Shown here piece after piece: positions 20,683 through 31,602 of a stretch of 64,000 bases of DNA. Under the pieces are notes generated by a model, which saw only the letters and a program-made list of their open reading frames with translations, was not told the DNA's origin and made no database searches. The stretch comes from an uncultured delta proteobacterium (GTDB lineage Bacteria > Desulfobacterota > Desulfomonilia > Desulfomonilales > Desulfomonilaceae): NCBI GenBank assembly GCA_963789265.1, contig CAWBKB010000003.1, forward strand, positions 928,001 through 992,000. Direction: 5' to 3'. Positions within the stretch are counted from its first letter, which is position 1. Every line of letters starts with the position of its first letter. The translations under genes were made by a program, and so were the position numbers.

Positions 20683-20711
20683 TTGCTTGGCAGGTAGTTT
20701 CCTGCTATAGT
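20683..20711 (+). promoter_or_regulatory. Sigma70-type promoter of ftsH
   Basis: TTGCTT-N17-TATAGT with an extended -10 TG. Confidence 0.55.
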
Positions 20712-20752
20712 TATTGTAATTGCTTGCGAAAATTTAGTCATTGGAGAATTTC

Positions 20753-22672
20753 TTGAACGGCATATACAAAAATCTGGGCTTATGGCTCGTCATTTGCCTT
20801 GTGATGATTTTCCTGTTTCATCTGTTTCAACAAAACAAGCCCCCTCAAAAAGAAATATCGTACAGCCAGTTTAGGCAAGAGATCGATCAAGGGGCGGTGA
20901 AATCGGTCACGTTGCAGGGTAATCGGATAAAAGGGACTTATGTCGATAGTTCAGGCAAGTTTCGAACTCTAGCCCCAGCGGATACGCAGCTAATACCTTC
21001 CTTGATGAAGCACAAAGTAGATATCAAGGTGCTGCCGGAAGATGACAACCCCTGGTATTTGACGGCTTTGATATCATGGCTTCCCATGGTCTTTCTCATA
21101 GCCATATTTGTATTCTTTATGCGGCAAATGCAGGCCGGCGGCGGCAAGGCCATGAGTTTTGGCAAAAGCAGGGCGCGCCTGATCAGCGAATCGCAGAACA
21201 AAGTTACTTTTCAGGACGTGGCCGGAATTGAGGAAGCCAAGGATGAGTTGGGGGAAATAATCGAGTTTCTGCGTGATCCCAAGAAATTCACCCGCCTTGG
21301 CGGAAAAATTCCCAAGGGAGTGCTCCTGATGGGTGCGCCCGGAACAGGAAAAACGCTTCTCGCCAAAGCTGTGGCCGGTGAGGCCAGCGTGCCGTTCTTC
21401 TCGATTTCGGGATCGGATTTCGTCGAGATGTTTGTGGGTGTGGGGGCTTCACGCGTACGGGATCTCTTCATCCAGGGAAAGAAAAACGCTCCGTGCATCA
21501 TTTTCATCGATGAGATTGACGCAGTGGGGCGTCATCGAGGGGCGGGGCTAGGCGGCGGCCATGACGAACGGGAACAGACGTTGAATCAACTCCTAGTGGA
21601 GATGGACGGCTTCGAAACCAATGAAGGTGTCATCCTGATAAGCGCGACCAATAGGCCTGACGTTCTTGACCCGGCTCTTCTTCGGCCGGGACGGTTTGAC
21701 CGCCAGGTTGTGGTCCCTCCGCCGGACATTAGGGGCAGAACCGCAATCCTTTCCGTCCATACACGCAAGACCCCAATGGCCAAAAATGTGGATCTCGAAA
21801 CAATCAGCCGAGGCACGCCGGGATTTTCAGGCGCGGATCTGGCCAATCTGGTCAATGAAGCCGCTCTCAACGCGGCGAGGCGAAACCAGAACCAGATCGA
21901 GATGGCAGATTTCGAGTTCGCCAAAGACAAAATACTGATGGGAGGTGAGCGCCGTAGCCTCGTCATCAGTCTCGAAGAACGAAGAAATACGGCTTATCAT
22001 GAGGCCGGCCACGCTTTCGTCGCACGAAAGATGCCCGGAGCCGATCCCATTCATAAGGTGACCATCATCCCCCGTGGCCGAGCGCTCGGCGTCACTCAAC
22101 AACTCCCGCTTGACGATCGGCACACTTACTCGAAAGAGTTTCTTATCAGCCAGATCGCCGTGTTGATGGGGGGACGGGCAGCGGAGGAGATATTCCTTGA
22201 CCACATGACTACCGGCGCGGGCAATGACATCGAGCGGGCTACGGACGTCGCAAGGAAAATGGTGTGCGAGTGGGGTATGAGCGAAGAGCTCGGCCCGTTG
22301 ACTTTCGGCCAAAAGGAAGAGCAGATCTTCCTTGGCAAGGAATTTGCCCGTCATAAGGACTATTCGGAAGAAACCGCGAAACAAATCGATTCCGAGATCC
22401 GCAGGATAGTCACGGAAAACTATGAAAAAGCCAGGAAGATCATCGAGGATCACCAGGAAACTGTGACGCGTATAGCTGAAGCCCTGCTCGAGCGAGAAAC
22501 TCTTGATGCCGGTGAAATCGAAGCCCTGATCGAAGGGCGCGAGCTCCCTCCTCTGGAGGAAGTAACAGAAACAAAGACTGCGGACAAAGGACCCATTGGG
22601 ATAGCCCCCCTTGATGACGGCAAGGTTATTGTAGGGCCTACTCCGAGCGCGCCCGACCCCGGGAAGGTTTAA
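20753..22672 (+). CDS. ftsH: ATP-dependent zinc metalloprotease FtsH
   Basis: Two TMs, [15 protein letters not shown], second region of homology, HEAGH; TTG start after GGAG. Confidence 0.98.
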   Translation: MNGIYKNLGLWLVICLVMIFLFHLFQQNKPPQKEISYSQFRQEIDQGAVKSVTLQGNRIKGTYVDSSGKFRTLAPADTQLIPSLMKHKVDIKVLPEDDNPWYLTALISWLPMVFLIAIFVFFMRQMQAGGGKAMSFGKSRARLISESQNKVTFQDVAGIEEAKDELGEIIEFLRDPKKFTRLGGKIPKGVLLMGAPGTGKTLLAKAVAGEASVPFFSISGSDFVEMFVGVGASRVRDLFIQGKKNAPCIIFIDEIDAVGRHRGAGLGGGHDEREQTLNQLLVEMDGFETNEGVILISATNRPDVLDPALLRPGRFDRQVVVPPPDIRGRTAILSVHTRKTPMAKNVDLETISRGTPGFSGADLANLVNEAALNAARRNQNQIEMADFEFAKDKILMGGERRSLVISLEERRNTAYHEAGHAFVARKMPGADPIHKVTIIPRGRALGVTQQLPLDDRHTYSKEFLISQIAVLMGGRAAEEIFLDHMTTGAGNDIERATDVARKMVCEWGMSEELGPLTFGQKEEQIFLGKEFARHKDYSEETAKQIDSEIRRIVTENYEKARKIIEDHQETVTRIAEALLERETLDAGEIEALIEGRELPPLEEVTETKTADKGPIGIAPLDDGKVIVGPTPSAPDPGKV

Positions 22673-22813
22673 GCGCCGTTGCAAAACTTCGCCGGCAGTT
22701 TAGATCGTGCAGAGGTGAAGCGTTTGCAACCCAGCGGGAAGCGAAGCCTCCGCACGCCTCTTCAAAATCTTCCAAGCAAAGCAGACGATTCCATCCAAAG
22801 CCATTCTCCAACC

Positions 22814-23680
22814 ATGAATATTATGCCTCAGCACATTCCTCTGCCTCGCTCTATTCTCGACCTCTCGTCCCGTACGCTGGTAATGGGCGTCATCAACGCT
22901 ACTCCGGACTCTTTTTCCGATGGCGGGAAACACCTCGATCCTGAAATTGCCATTGCCGCGGGCCTTGAAATGTTGCGGGCCGGCGCCGACATCGTTGACG
23001 TGGGCGGAGAATCTACTCGGCCGGGTTCCCTGTATGTCAACGAGCGAGAGGAACTGGGTAGGTCCGTTCCTGTGATCCAGGCAATATCCCAGGCCAGTCC
23101 CGATGCGGTGATCTCCATTGATACCCGCCGCAGAGGTGTGGCGGAAGCTGCTGTCAGGGCCGGCGCTCAAATAATCAATGACGTTACGGGCTTCCGGGAC
23201 GATCCCAGCATCGTTGATTTCGCTCGGGAGGCCGAGACGGGCCTTGTGGTCATGCACATGTTGGGCACTCCCAAGACCATGCAGACAGAGATCCGATATG
23301 CGTCTTTTCCCGGGGATATTTATTCTTTTCTCCAGGAGCGGGTGCAGAGTCTGGAGGAATCGGGCATCGCTCCTGCGAGAATTGTCGTGGATCCCGGTAT
23401 CGGGTTCGGTAAAACTTTCGACCAGAACCTCACGCTCATAAATCGGCTCGATGTGTTCAAGCCTCTCGGCAAAGCCATTTTGGTAGGGCCGTCAAGAAAG
23501 GCGTTTCTGGGAAGGATTTTGGAGGAACCGGTCGCAAACAGGCGCGATGTCGGCACCCTTGGTGCAGTTGCCGCGGCCGTGCTTCGCGGTGCTTCCATAG
23601 TCCGCGTTCACAACGTGCCTTCAGCCGTGCAGGTCTGCAAGGTTGTCGACGCTGTTGTAAAAGAGAAGGCAATCCCATGA
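22814..23680 (+). CDS. folP: Dihydropteroate synthase
   Basis: MGVINATPDSFSDGG, DVGGESTRPG, DPGIGFGK, SRK, IVRVH; follows ftsH. Confidence 0.96.
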   Translation: MNIMPQHIPLPRSILDLSSRTLVMGVINATPDSFSDGGKHLDPEIAIAAGLEMLRAGADIVDVGGESTRPGSLYVNEREELGRSVPVIQAISQASPDAVISIDTRRRGVAEAAVRAGAQIINDVTGFRDDPSIVDFAREAETGLVVMHMLGTPKTMQTEIRYASFPGDIYSFLQERVQSLEESGIAPARIVVDPGIGFGKTFDQNLTLINRLDVFKPLGKAILVGPSRKAFLGRILEEPVANRRDVGTLGAVAAAVLRGASIVRVHNVPSAVQVCKVVDAVVKEKAIP

Positions 23681-24066
23681 TCCTTGGCGTTGGAGTCGAT
23701 CTTGTGGATGTCCGTCGCATGGAAAGGGCATTGAAGTGCCGATGGGGGATGCGGTTCGTCGCGCGGGTCTTTTCGGAAGAAGAGATTTCAGTTTGCAGTA
23801 ACGCTCCTCAGCCCTCTCAGGGGTACGCAGCTCGTTTTGCCGCGAAGGAGGCGCTGGCAAAGGCGCTGGGCACGGGCTTTTCAAGAGGTGTATCCCCTCG
23901 CCGGATAGTGGTGCGAGGCGGCGAACGGCGTCAACCGCGCATAGCCTTGCTGGGCAGGGCACAAGAGCTGGCCCAATCAATGCACGTAACAGCAATTCAC
24001 GTTTCTCTGAGTCACACTCCACAAACTGCCTGTGCTGTGGTAGTGCTTGAAAAAGAAGATACGTAA
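23677..24066 (+). CDS. acpS: Holo-[acyl-carrier-protein] synthase
   Basis: ILGVGVDLV, RFAAKEALAKALGTG, VSLSH; ATGA overlap with folP. Confidence 0.95.
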   Translation: MILGVGVDLVDVRRMERALKCRWGMRFVARVFSEEEISVCSNAPQPSQGYAARFAAKEALAKALGTGFSRGVSPRRIVVRGGERRQPRIALLGRAQELAQSMHVTAIHVSLSHTPQTACAVVVLEKEDT

Positions 24067-24220
24067 GCTAACAAAATACTCCTTTTCTCAAATACGGCTC
24101 CTATTTCGGACAATGTCGTTCATGCTTGCAAACCTGTCCGATCTCGTCACCCTGGGCTCCGATCGGGTCCAGTCTATCCTGTGTCTCGCAAGACCGCGTC
24201 CGCGGGGATGATGCGATAAT

Positions 24221-24499
24221 GGCAGGTTTTCCAACCTGCCCCACATAAGTCTGGATTCCCGCGGGATGGGGAACGGCTTCCAGGGCCCAATGTTACCGGG
24301 GTGCCGGGTGCCACTGACCTGGGTACCATCCTGGTCACCAGATCAGTGCAGCTTTGAATTTCTGGTTCCCAATCCCGCGTCTCGCGGGACTGGGAACCCA
24401 TACCTAGCGGGCTCTGCCCGCAAACTGCCTTAATTTCACTATCATGGTCGAGGCAGAGCCTCGTTGACAGGCATTCCCAGGCAGAGCCTGGGAACGAGA
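24221..24499. repeat. REP-like cluster including a second copy of the ~145-bp element
   Basis: GGCAGGTTTTCCAACCTGCCCCAC, CACTGACCT..AGATCAGTG, and 24360-24499 matching the reverse complement of 581-725. Confidence 0.8.
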
Positions 24500-24545
24500 G
24501 AAGTTTGAGAAAGTTTCGCCCCCCTACCCGCGCTCTGGACGCCAT

Positions 24546-25709
24546 CTATACAATCTGCGCCACAATAACTTTCAAATAACGAGTCTCAGTCATAGATAAA
24601 AGGACAGGATGGTCAGGACCTTGCCCGCGAGTGTCCAGTATCCACAATTCCTTGCCACTCTGCCGCGCGGCTATCGCCAGAGTCTCTTCGAAAGCCTGAG
24701 CATCCAAGTGATGCGAACAGGAGCAGGTCACCAGAATCCCCCCGGGATTCATTTTGGTCAATGCGCGCCGATTTATGTCAATATATCCCTTTTGGCCTTC
24801 CTTTACTTGGGAACGGCTCTTGATAAAGGCAGGCGGGTCAAGGATCACCACCTCCCAGATTTCATGGCTTTTCTTTAGAAATTCCAACGCGTTTTCGCGG
24901 ACTCCGTGAAAGCGATCAGCTAGGCCGTTGAGAGCAGCATTCGACTCGGCCAGATTGACTGCGCTTTGGGATGAATCCACCCCGGTAACTTGTGCGGCGC
25001 CTGCGGCCGCGGCGTGAAGACCCCACGCGCCCGTGTAGCAGAACAAGTCCAACACTTTGGCTCCGGGAAAAACATACTGCTTCATCAAGGGGCGATTGGC
25101 CTCCTGATCCAGGAAGAAACCGGTCTTTTGCCCGTTGACCACATCCACAACGAACTTCAAGCCCCCTGAAGCTATTGTGACTGCTTCCGGAACCGCCCCA
25201 TAAGCAAGTCGTTTGTCTTGCGTTAGTCCTTCCAGAGCACGGGAGGGTGAATCATTGCGCAGATAGATTCCATCCGGCGCAACAGCCTTGACCAGAACCT
25301 CTAAAACTGTGTCCAAAAGGGCGTCCATCCCTGCCGTGAGGCTTTGCACCGCAAGCACTGGCCCATAACGATCTACGATCAGGCCAGGCAAGAGATCCGC
25401 CTCCCCGAATATCAGGCGATAGTAGTCTCTTTCAGGGAAAAGACGCTGCCTCCGCTCCAGGGCTGCGCCGATCCTCTGTTCCAGGAACGTCCCGTCAATC
25501 TGAACTCTTTTCCTGGACAAGATACGAGCGGTAATAAGACTCGCCGGATTGGCATAGACCATCGCCACGAATTCGCCGGCCGCATCGTGCAACTCATGGA
25601 TGGATCCGGGCTCTAACCCGGCCACGGGCGGGTCTGCAATTTCATTGGAAAAGACCCAGAGATGTCCTCTTCGCACCCTCCGGTCTGCATTTTTCTTGAG
25701 TGTGATCAC
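24546..25709 (-). CDS. Class I SAM-dependent rRNA methyltransferase (RlmI-like)
   Basis: PUA-like GHLWVFSNEI, LPGLIVDRYG, GQKTGFFLDQ, VLDLFCYTG, ILDPP, TCSCS; GTG start overlaps the serS stop. Confidence 0.9.
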   Translation of the reverse strand: MITLKKNADRRVRRGHLWVFSNEIADPPVAGLEPGSIHELHDAAGEFVAMVYANPASLITARILSRKRVQIDGTFLEQRIGAALERRQRLFPERDYYRLIFGEADLLPGLIVDRYGPVLAVQSLTAGMDALLDTVLEVLVKAVAPDGIYLRNDSPSRALEGLTQDKRLAYGAVPEAVTIASGGLKFVVDVVNGQKTGFFLDQEANRPLMKQYVFPGAKVLDLFCYTGAWGLHAAAAGAAQVTGVDSSQSAVNLAESNAALNGLADRFHGVRENALEFLKKSHEIWEVVILDPPAFIKSRSQVKEGQKGYIDINRRALTKMNPGGILVTCSCSHHLDAQAFEETLAIAARQSGKELWILDTRGQGPDHPVLLSMTETRYLKVIVAQIV

Positions 25710-26989
25710 GATTTGCTCTTCTTTGGTTCGATGCGTTCCAGCCCATTCATCAATGGGCGCAGAACTTCGGGGATTTTTACGCTCCCGTCGGCATTTTGAA
25801 AATTCTCCAGAATCGGAATCAGAATGCGAGGAGATGCAATGGCCGTGTTGTTTAGCGTGTGGCAGAACTGCGTCTTGCCGTTCTTTCCGCGCCATCTGAT
25901 CCGTAGCCTGCGGGCCTGAAACTCGTGGAGACTGGAACAGGAATGGGTTTCGGAATATTTATTGCGGCTGGGCATCCACGTCTCTATCTCGTGTTTGAGC
26001 ACTTGCCCCTGCCCAATTTCAGCCCCGCAGGCCAACGCGACTCGATACGGCAGTCCAAGCGCCTGCATAAGTTCTTCGGAATTGCTCAGGAGAAGCTGGT
26101 GTTCGGTTCTGGACACCTCAGAGTCGTTAACGCATATCACCACCTGCTCCACTTTGTTGAACTGGTGCAGGCGGTAGAAGCCGCGAGTGTCACGTCCGTA
26201 GGACCCGGCCTCCCTTCGAAAGCACGTTGAATAGCCGCAGTAGTGCTTTGGCAGCTCCTTTTCGTTGAGGATCTCGTCCATGTGATAAGAAACCAGGGCA
26301 ACTTCCGACGTGCCTATCAAATAGAGCTCGTCCTTCTCCACGAAGAACGTGTCTTCCTCGCCGAGAGGGAAGAACCCCGTTCCAATCATGGCCTCACGGC
26401 GTACTAGCTGCGGGACGATCATAGGACCGAAGCCTTTCGACACCAGGTGGTCCAGAGCGAATTTGAATAAGGCGAATTCCAACATCGCCCCTTCATTCTT
26501 CAGGCAGTACATGCGCGCGCCCGCGAATTTTACAGCGCGGGGCATGTCCACTATGTCCAGCGATTCAGCCAGTTCGAGATGATCCTTGAGGGGAAAGTCA
26601 AAAGCAGGGGGTTGCCCGAAGGAACGAACTTCCACATTGTCGTCATCGGATTCCCCTTCCGGGACCTCCGGCAGGGGAGGATTGGGCACCGTGAGCATCA
26701 GCTCTTCAAAACGGTTTTCGATCTCCTTAAGCTCCGGCTCCTTCCGGCCCAAGCTGTCCCTGATGTTTTTCACATGCGCTATAGCCCGCTCCTTGTCCTC
26801 GGCCTTGAGTTTGGGGACTTCTTTTGAAAGCCGGTTGCGGTCCGCACGAAGGTTCTCCACTTCGGCTTTGAGGCTTCTCACCTTTTCGTCCACGGCGAGA
26901 AGCTCATCGAGGTCCATTTTCATCCGTTTTTTTCGGATGCCTTCTTTTATGACGTCAGGATTATTGCGGATAAAGCTAATGTCCAGCAT
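25706..26989 (-). CDS. serS: Seryl-tRNA synthetase
   Basis: MLDI..IR, coiled coil, GTSEV, FRREAGSYGRDTRGFYRLHQFNKVE, HTLNNT. Confidence 0.97.
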   Translation of the reverse strand: MLDISFIRNNPDVIKEGIRKKRMKMDLDELLAVDEKVRSLKAEVENLRADRNRLSKEVPKLKAEDKERAIAHVKNIRDSLGRKEPELKEIENRFEELMLTVPNPPLPEVPEGESDDDNVEVRSFGQPPAFDFPLKDHLELAESLDIVDMPRAVKFAGARMYCLKNEGAMLEFALFKFALDHLVSKGFGPMIVPQLVRREAMIGTGFFPLGEEDTFFVEKDELYLIGTSEVALVSYHMDEILNEKELPKHYCGYSTCFRREAGSYGRDTRGFYRLHQFNKVEQVVICVNDSEVSRTEHQLLLSNSEELMQALGLPYRVALACGAEIGQGQVLKHEIETWMPSRNKYSETHSCSSLHEFQARRLRIRWRGKNGKTQFCHTLNNTAIASPRILIPILENFQNADGSVKIPEVLRPLMNGLERIEPKKSKS

Positions 26990-27026
26990 AAAGTTCTCCT
27001 CAAAAATGGACCGGCCGGCCGATGTT

Positions 27027-27347
27027 TCAGGACTGATCTTTCAATGGCCTCGGTTTCAGGGTCTGAGACCTTGACAATGCGGATCTGAGTGCCTTGGAAG
27101 GCGGGCTCCATACCTTACGACGCATCATTTCTACGCGGTCTTTTTCCTCCGGCTCCTTCGAATCGGGTGTTCCTTTCCCGAACGCGGCCTCTATATATGC
27201 GGCAAGCTCTTGCTGCTCTTTCGGCAACATGTCGGCATAAAGCCTCTCCAGAGTCTGCCGCTCGGTTTTCGTCATGGCACCCGGCCCTATCCTGCGAGAC
27301 GCTTCCAACCATTTGCGCTGTTTTTCGGTTAAGTCATGCTCTTCCAA
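27027..27347 (-). CDS. Hypothetical protein
   Basis: Helical-looking ORF; TTG start preceded by AGGAG; upstream of serS on the same strand. Confidence 0.55.
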   Translation of the reverse strand: MEEHDLTEKQRKWLEASRRIGPGAMTKTERQTLERLYADMLPKEQQELAAYIEAAFGKGTPDSKEPEEKDRVEMMRRKVWSPPSKALRSALSRSQTLKPRPLKDQS

Positions 27348-27475
27348 GTTAATATCTCCTGACCGTCCCAGAAAGAAAGCCTCAAACAAAACCGATGCCT
27401 TTGAATGACCTTCAAGCGGGGGCGGCTCATGCCGATTCACTTTCAAACAAGTGAGAATGGGCCAATAGCACATTG

Positions 27476-27818
27476 CACTGACCTAGCGCCATCATGGCGC
27501 TAGGTCAGTGGCACCCAACCTCCAGTGAAGATAGGGTCCCGGGTGCCATCCCGCGTCCCGCTGGAGGCTTTGTCAGATCCGTGCTGTATTTCCTTGATTG
27601 TCCATCGTTTCATCGCGCCTTGGTATTAAAGAACCGAAGGCCCATCATTTGTTCCGGAGTCAACTTACCAAGTCATCTTGAGTCCCGCAAGCCGTTTCCG
27701 GTGGTTAGGGTAAGCATTTTGACTAGAAAAGATAGATCTTGTCATTGCGAGCACAGCGAAGCAATCTCTGCTCCACTTTGCCGGAGATTGCTTCGTCGTT
27801 TTACTTCTCGCAATGACA
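27476..27818. repeat. REP-like palindromes
   Basis: Perfect 17-bp inverted repeat CACTGACCTAGCGCCAT-C-ATGGCGCTAGGTCAGTG (27476-27510) and a TGTCATTGCGAG..GCAATCTC / GAGATTGC..CTCGCAATGACA pair (~27740-27818). Confidence 0.8.
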
Positions 27819-27930
27819 GGTGCGCGAGATGCCCCAGCATAATTGTAGTACGTTGTTTAGAATCCTTCCCCTTGCTCGTTCTGCTGATTTTGACTATATT
27901 CCGGGGCACGTCACGAAACGAAGGGACAAC

Positions 27931-29601
27931 ATGCCAGCGAAAACGCTCAACCTTTTCGTGCTTGTGGTGTTGGCTTGCTGCTTGGCAGCCGGATGCGGAG
28001 AAAGCAAAGAAAAAGCTGAGACCGCCTCCGGCAAGGAGCAGTCCAATAAACCTGTAGCTCAACAAAAATTCGAGCCCGCGTACGGTGATATGCTGATTCG
28101 AGGCAGCATAGGCGACGCCTCCGTGTTGTTGCCGGTTCTTGCTATTGATTCGGCAAGCTATGACATCATAGGTCTCATCTATAACGGCTTGCTCAAGTAC
28201 GATAAGAATATCAAACTTGTAGGCGACTTGGCCGAAAAATGGGAAATATCCGAAGACAAGCTAAAAATTCGGTTTCACCTGCGCAAGAATGTAAAATGGC
28301 AGGATGGGCAGCCGTTTACTAGCAAAGATGTTGAATTTACGTACAAACTTATCATTGACCCCAAGACGCCGACCGCTTATGCCACTGATTTCAAAAAAGT
28401 TAAGAAGTTTCTGATACTGGACCCGTATACTTTCGAGGTCACTTATTATAAGCCGTATGCTCCGGCCTTGGACTCATGGGGAGTGTCGATGCTCCCCGAG
28501 CATTTGTTGAAGGGGCAGGACGTCACAAAGAGCCCTTTGAAACGTCACCCCGTCGGAACGGGTCCCTATCGCTTCGTCGAGTGGAAGACAGGCCAGGAAA
28601 TTGTCGTGGACAGTAACCACGATTACTTTGAGGGGAGGCCCTACATCGACCGAGTCCTCACACGAATAATCCCGGATCTTGCAACCATGTTCCTGGAACT
28701 GAAGGCGGGCAGAATCGACGAGATGGACTTGACTCCCATTCAGGATAAGAGACAGACCGACTCCCCGTGGTTTAAGGAAAATTTCACGAAGTACAAGTAC
28801 CTGTCGTTCAGCTACACTTACTTGGGTTATAACTTGAAAGACTGGAAGTTCAAGGACAGGAAGGTGCGCCAGGCACTCACCACGGCGATCGACCGCCAGA
28901 GCATCGTCGACGGAGTTCTACTTGGCCTGGGTCAAGTGACTGATACGCCATACAAACCCGATTCATTCTGGTACGATCACAATGTTAAGAAATTCCCGTA
29001 CGACCCGGAAAAAGCCAAGCGGATGCTGGCCGAGGCCGGGTGGAAAGATACAAATGGGGACGGTATCCTCGAAAAGGACGGCAAGCCCTTCGAGTTCACT
29101 ATACTTATAAACCAGGGCAATGAATTGCGCAAAAATACCGCGGTAATTATTCAGAGCGACTTGAAGAAAGTCGGAATAAAAGTGAAGATACGAGTGATCG
29201 AATGGGCCGCCTTGTTGAACAACTTTGTTTATAATCGGAATTTCGAGGCCTGCCTCCTTGGGTGGACCATCGGCGTCGATCCGAACCAGATCGACATCTG
29301 GAATTCGAAAAAGATTGCGCCAAAGGAACTGAACTTCGTCACGTATCGGAATCCGGAAGTTGATCGGCTGCTCGAGGAGGGCGCGTCCACTTATGATCGA
29401 AATGAACGGAAGAAATATTACGACCGATTTCAGGAGATCATTGCAGAGGATCAACCTTACACGTTTCTCTACGTCACGGACTCGCTCCCGATTATAAGCT
29501 CCCGCGTTAAGGGAATAAAACCTTCACCTAACGGGATCGGATATAACTTCATAAAATGGTATGTTCCCAAGCAGTTGCAAAAGTACCATATTCAGCCGTG
29601 A
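27931..29601 (+). CDS. Peptide/nickel ABC transporter substrate-binding lipoprotein (SBP family 5)
   Basis: Lipobox LAAGC, LRKNVKWQDGQPFTSKDV, PVGTGPY, VRQAL..AIDR. Confidence 0.93.
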   Translation: MPAKTLNLFVLVVLACCLAAGCGESKEKAETASGKEQSNKPVAQQKFEPAYGDMLIRGSIGDASVLLPVLAIDSASYDIIGLIYNGLLKYDKNIKLVGDLAEKWEISEDKLKIRFHLRKNVKWQDGQPFTSKDVEFTYKLIIDPKTPTAYATDFKKVKKFLILDPYTFEVTYYKPYAPALDSWGVSMLPEHLLKGQDVTKSPLKRHPVGTGPYRFVEWKTGQEIVVDSNHDYFEGRPYIDRVLTRIIPDLATMFLELKAGRIDEMDLTPIQDKRQTDSPWFKENFTKYKYLSFSYTYLGYNLKDWKFKDRKVRQALTTAIDRQSIVDGVLLGLGQVTDTPYKPDSFWYDHNVKKFPYDPEKAKRMLAEAGWKDTNGDGILEKDGKPFEFTILINQGNELRKNTAVIIQSDLKKVGIKVKIRVIEWAALLNNFVYNRNFEACLLGWTIGVDPNQIDIWNSKKIAPKELNFVTYRNPEVDRLLEEGASTYDRNERKKYYDRFQEIIAEDQPYTFLYVTDSLPIISSRVKGIKPSPNGIGYNFIKWYVPKQLQKYHIQP

Positions 29602-29607
29602 GGTGAC

Positions 29608-30586
29608 ATGGCCCGTTATCTTCTGAAGCGTATATTACTCATGATCCCTATTCTGTTCGGGATCACAATTATTTCTTTCGGGGTCATGAAACTCGCTCCT
29701 GGTGACCCTGTCAGCATGTTTACCGATCTCAATCCGAAGATGAACAAGGAGGCCGTTGATCGAATCAGGGCCCATTACGGACTTGATAAACCCTGGTACG
29801 TTCAGGTACGAAAAATGGCTGAAAAACATGCTGATGTTGGATTTCGGAAGATCGTTCGCTCCTGACAATCGCCCTGTCATAGACAAGATCCGCGAACGCA
29901 TCCCCATAACATTGGCAATCAACCTTCTTTCTTTGATCCTGATTCTCGTGGTGGCAATACCCATAGGTGTGATATCCGCGGTGAGACAGAATTCACTCCT
30001 TGATAAGGGGACAACTGTCTTTGTTTTTCTTGGTTTTGCCATGCCCACTTTTTGGCTTGCACTTTTGCTGATGATACTTTTTGGTGTGCAACTCGAATGG
30101 CTGCCGATCTCCGGGATCTGGTCTCTGAATTACTCGGAACTTACTTTTTCGGGGAAGGTTTTGGACCTTGCACGGCATCTTACGCTGCCGGTTTTCGTAT
30201 CGGCTTTCGGAGGTCTGGCAGGTTTCAGCCGTTACATGAGGTCAAACATGCTGGAAGTGATCCGCCAGGATTATGTGACCACGGCTCGGGCCAAGGGGCT
30301 CGATGAACGCACCGTGATATATAAGCACGCGCTCCGCAATGCGCTGCTGCCGGTGATCACGATCCTGGGGCTCTCTATTCCCGGTCTCATTGGAGGAAGT
30401 GTCATCTTTGAGTCGATTTTCGCCATCCCGGGAATGGGGTTGCTTTTCTATCAATCCGTTATGATGCGAGACTATCCCACCATAATGGGAATACTGGTGA
30501 TCGGTGCGATTCTCACTCTGTTTGGGAATCTCTTGGCCGATTTGTTCTATTCCTTGGCAGATCCGAGAATTCGGGTTACGGATTAG
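29608..30586 (+). CDS. Peptide ABC transporter permease (OppB/AppB-like; +1 frameshift near 29805)
   Basis: [40 protein letters not shown]. Confidence 0.92.
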
Positions 30587-30597
30587 GAAAGGGAAGA

Positions 30598-30665
30598 GTG
30601 GGGCAGGCTTTCCAGCCTGCCATTAGCCAGATTCAGGAATCGGCAGGCTGGAAAGCCTGCCCCAC
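30598..30665. repeat. REP-like inverted pair between the two permease genes
   Basis: GTGGGGCAGGCTTTCCAGCCTGCC / GGCAGGCTGGAAAGCCTGCCCCAC. Confidence 0.85.
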
Positions 30666-30746
30666 AGGTGTCATGGCAGATCCCTCCCGGAACCCGAATG
30701 ATGACCGGATTGCCTGGCCGCCCGTAACAAGGATAAACAAATACTA

Positions 30747-31589
30747 ATGGCTATTCTAGGAGGAGACTTTACTCGGCGACTCGCACGAAACAAGATGGCT
30801 ATGGCCGGGTTGGTTGTAGTTGCCGCTCTCTTTGTGGTGGCCATCTTTGCCAATCAGTTGTCCCCATATCCACCCAACCTCATCGACACCAGGCATGTGC
30901 TTGAGCCGCCCACCTGGGCTCACTTGATGGGAACAGACGTACTGGGCCGCGACGTTCTCTCCAGAATGATTCACGGTGCCGGGGTTTCTCTGAGCGTCGG
31001 ATTCGTGGCAGTTGGCATATCTACTTTAATTGGTGTCCTTCTCGGAGCCATGGCTGGCTATTACGGCGGTATCGTAGAACGCCTGATCATGAGATTTGTG
31101 GATATAATGCTGTGTTTTCCCACATTCTTTCTGATCCTGGCAGTGATCGCGTTCATTGGCTCCAGCATCTGGAATATTATGGTGGTCATTGGCGCCACTT
31201 CGTGGATGGGCGTTACACGCCTCGTTCGGGCCGAGTTTCTCAGCATACGCGAACGCGACTACGTTCAGGCTGCTATCAGCCAGGGGGCCGGGGATCTGCG
31301 TATAATCTTTATTCACATATTACCTAACGCGATGGCGCCCATTCTCGTGGCCGCGACCCTCGGCGTAGCCGCAGCGGTGCTCATAGAATCCAGCCTTTCG
31401 TTTCTGGGGATCGGGGTTCAACCTCCGGATCCTTCATGGGGAAACATGCTCACCGAGGGGAAAGACAACATCGAGATCGCGTGGTGGTTGTCTGTTTTCC
31501 CCGGCCTTGCCATCCTTGTAACGGTGATGGGTTACAATCTGTTGGGTGAAGGGATCCGCGATTCGCTCGACCCACGGCTAAAACAGTAA
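30747..31589 (+). CDS. Peptide ABC transporter permease (OppC/AppC-like)
   Basis: MGTDVLGRDVLSR, HILPN, ESSLSFLGIG..PSWG, GEGIRDSLDPR. Confidence 0.93.
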   Translation: MAILGGDFTRRLARNKMAMAGLVVVAALFVVAIFANQLSPYPPNLIDTRHVLEPPTWAHLMGTDVLGRDVLSRMIHGAGVSLSVGFVAVGISTLIGVLLGAMAGYYGGIVERLIMRFVDIMLCFPTFFLILAVIAFIGSSIWNIMVVIGATSWMGVTRLVRAEFLSIRERDYVQAAISQGAGDLRIIFIHILPNAMAPILVAATLGVAAAVLIESSLSFLGIGVQPPDPSWGNMLTEGKDNIEIAWWLSVFPGLAILVTVMGYNLLGEGIRDSLDPRLKQ

Positions 31590-31602
31590 GAGGTTTGATT
31601 CC

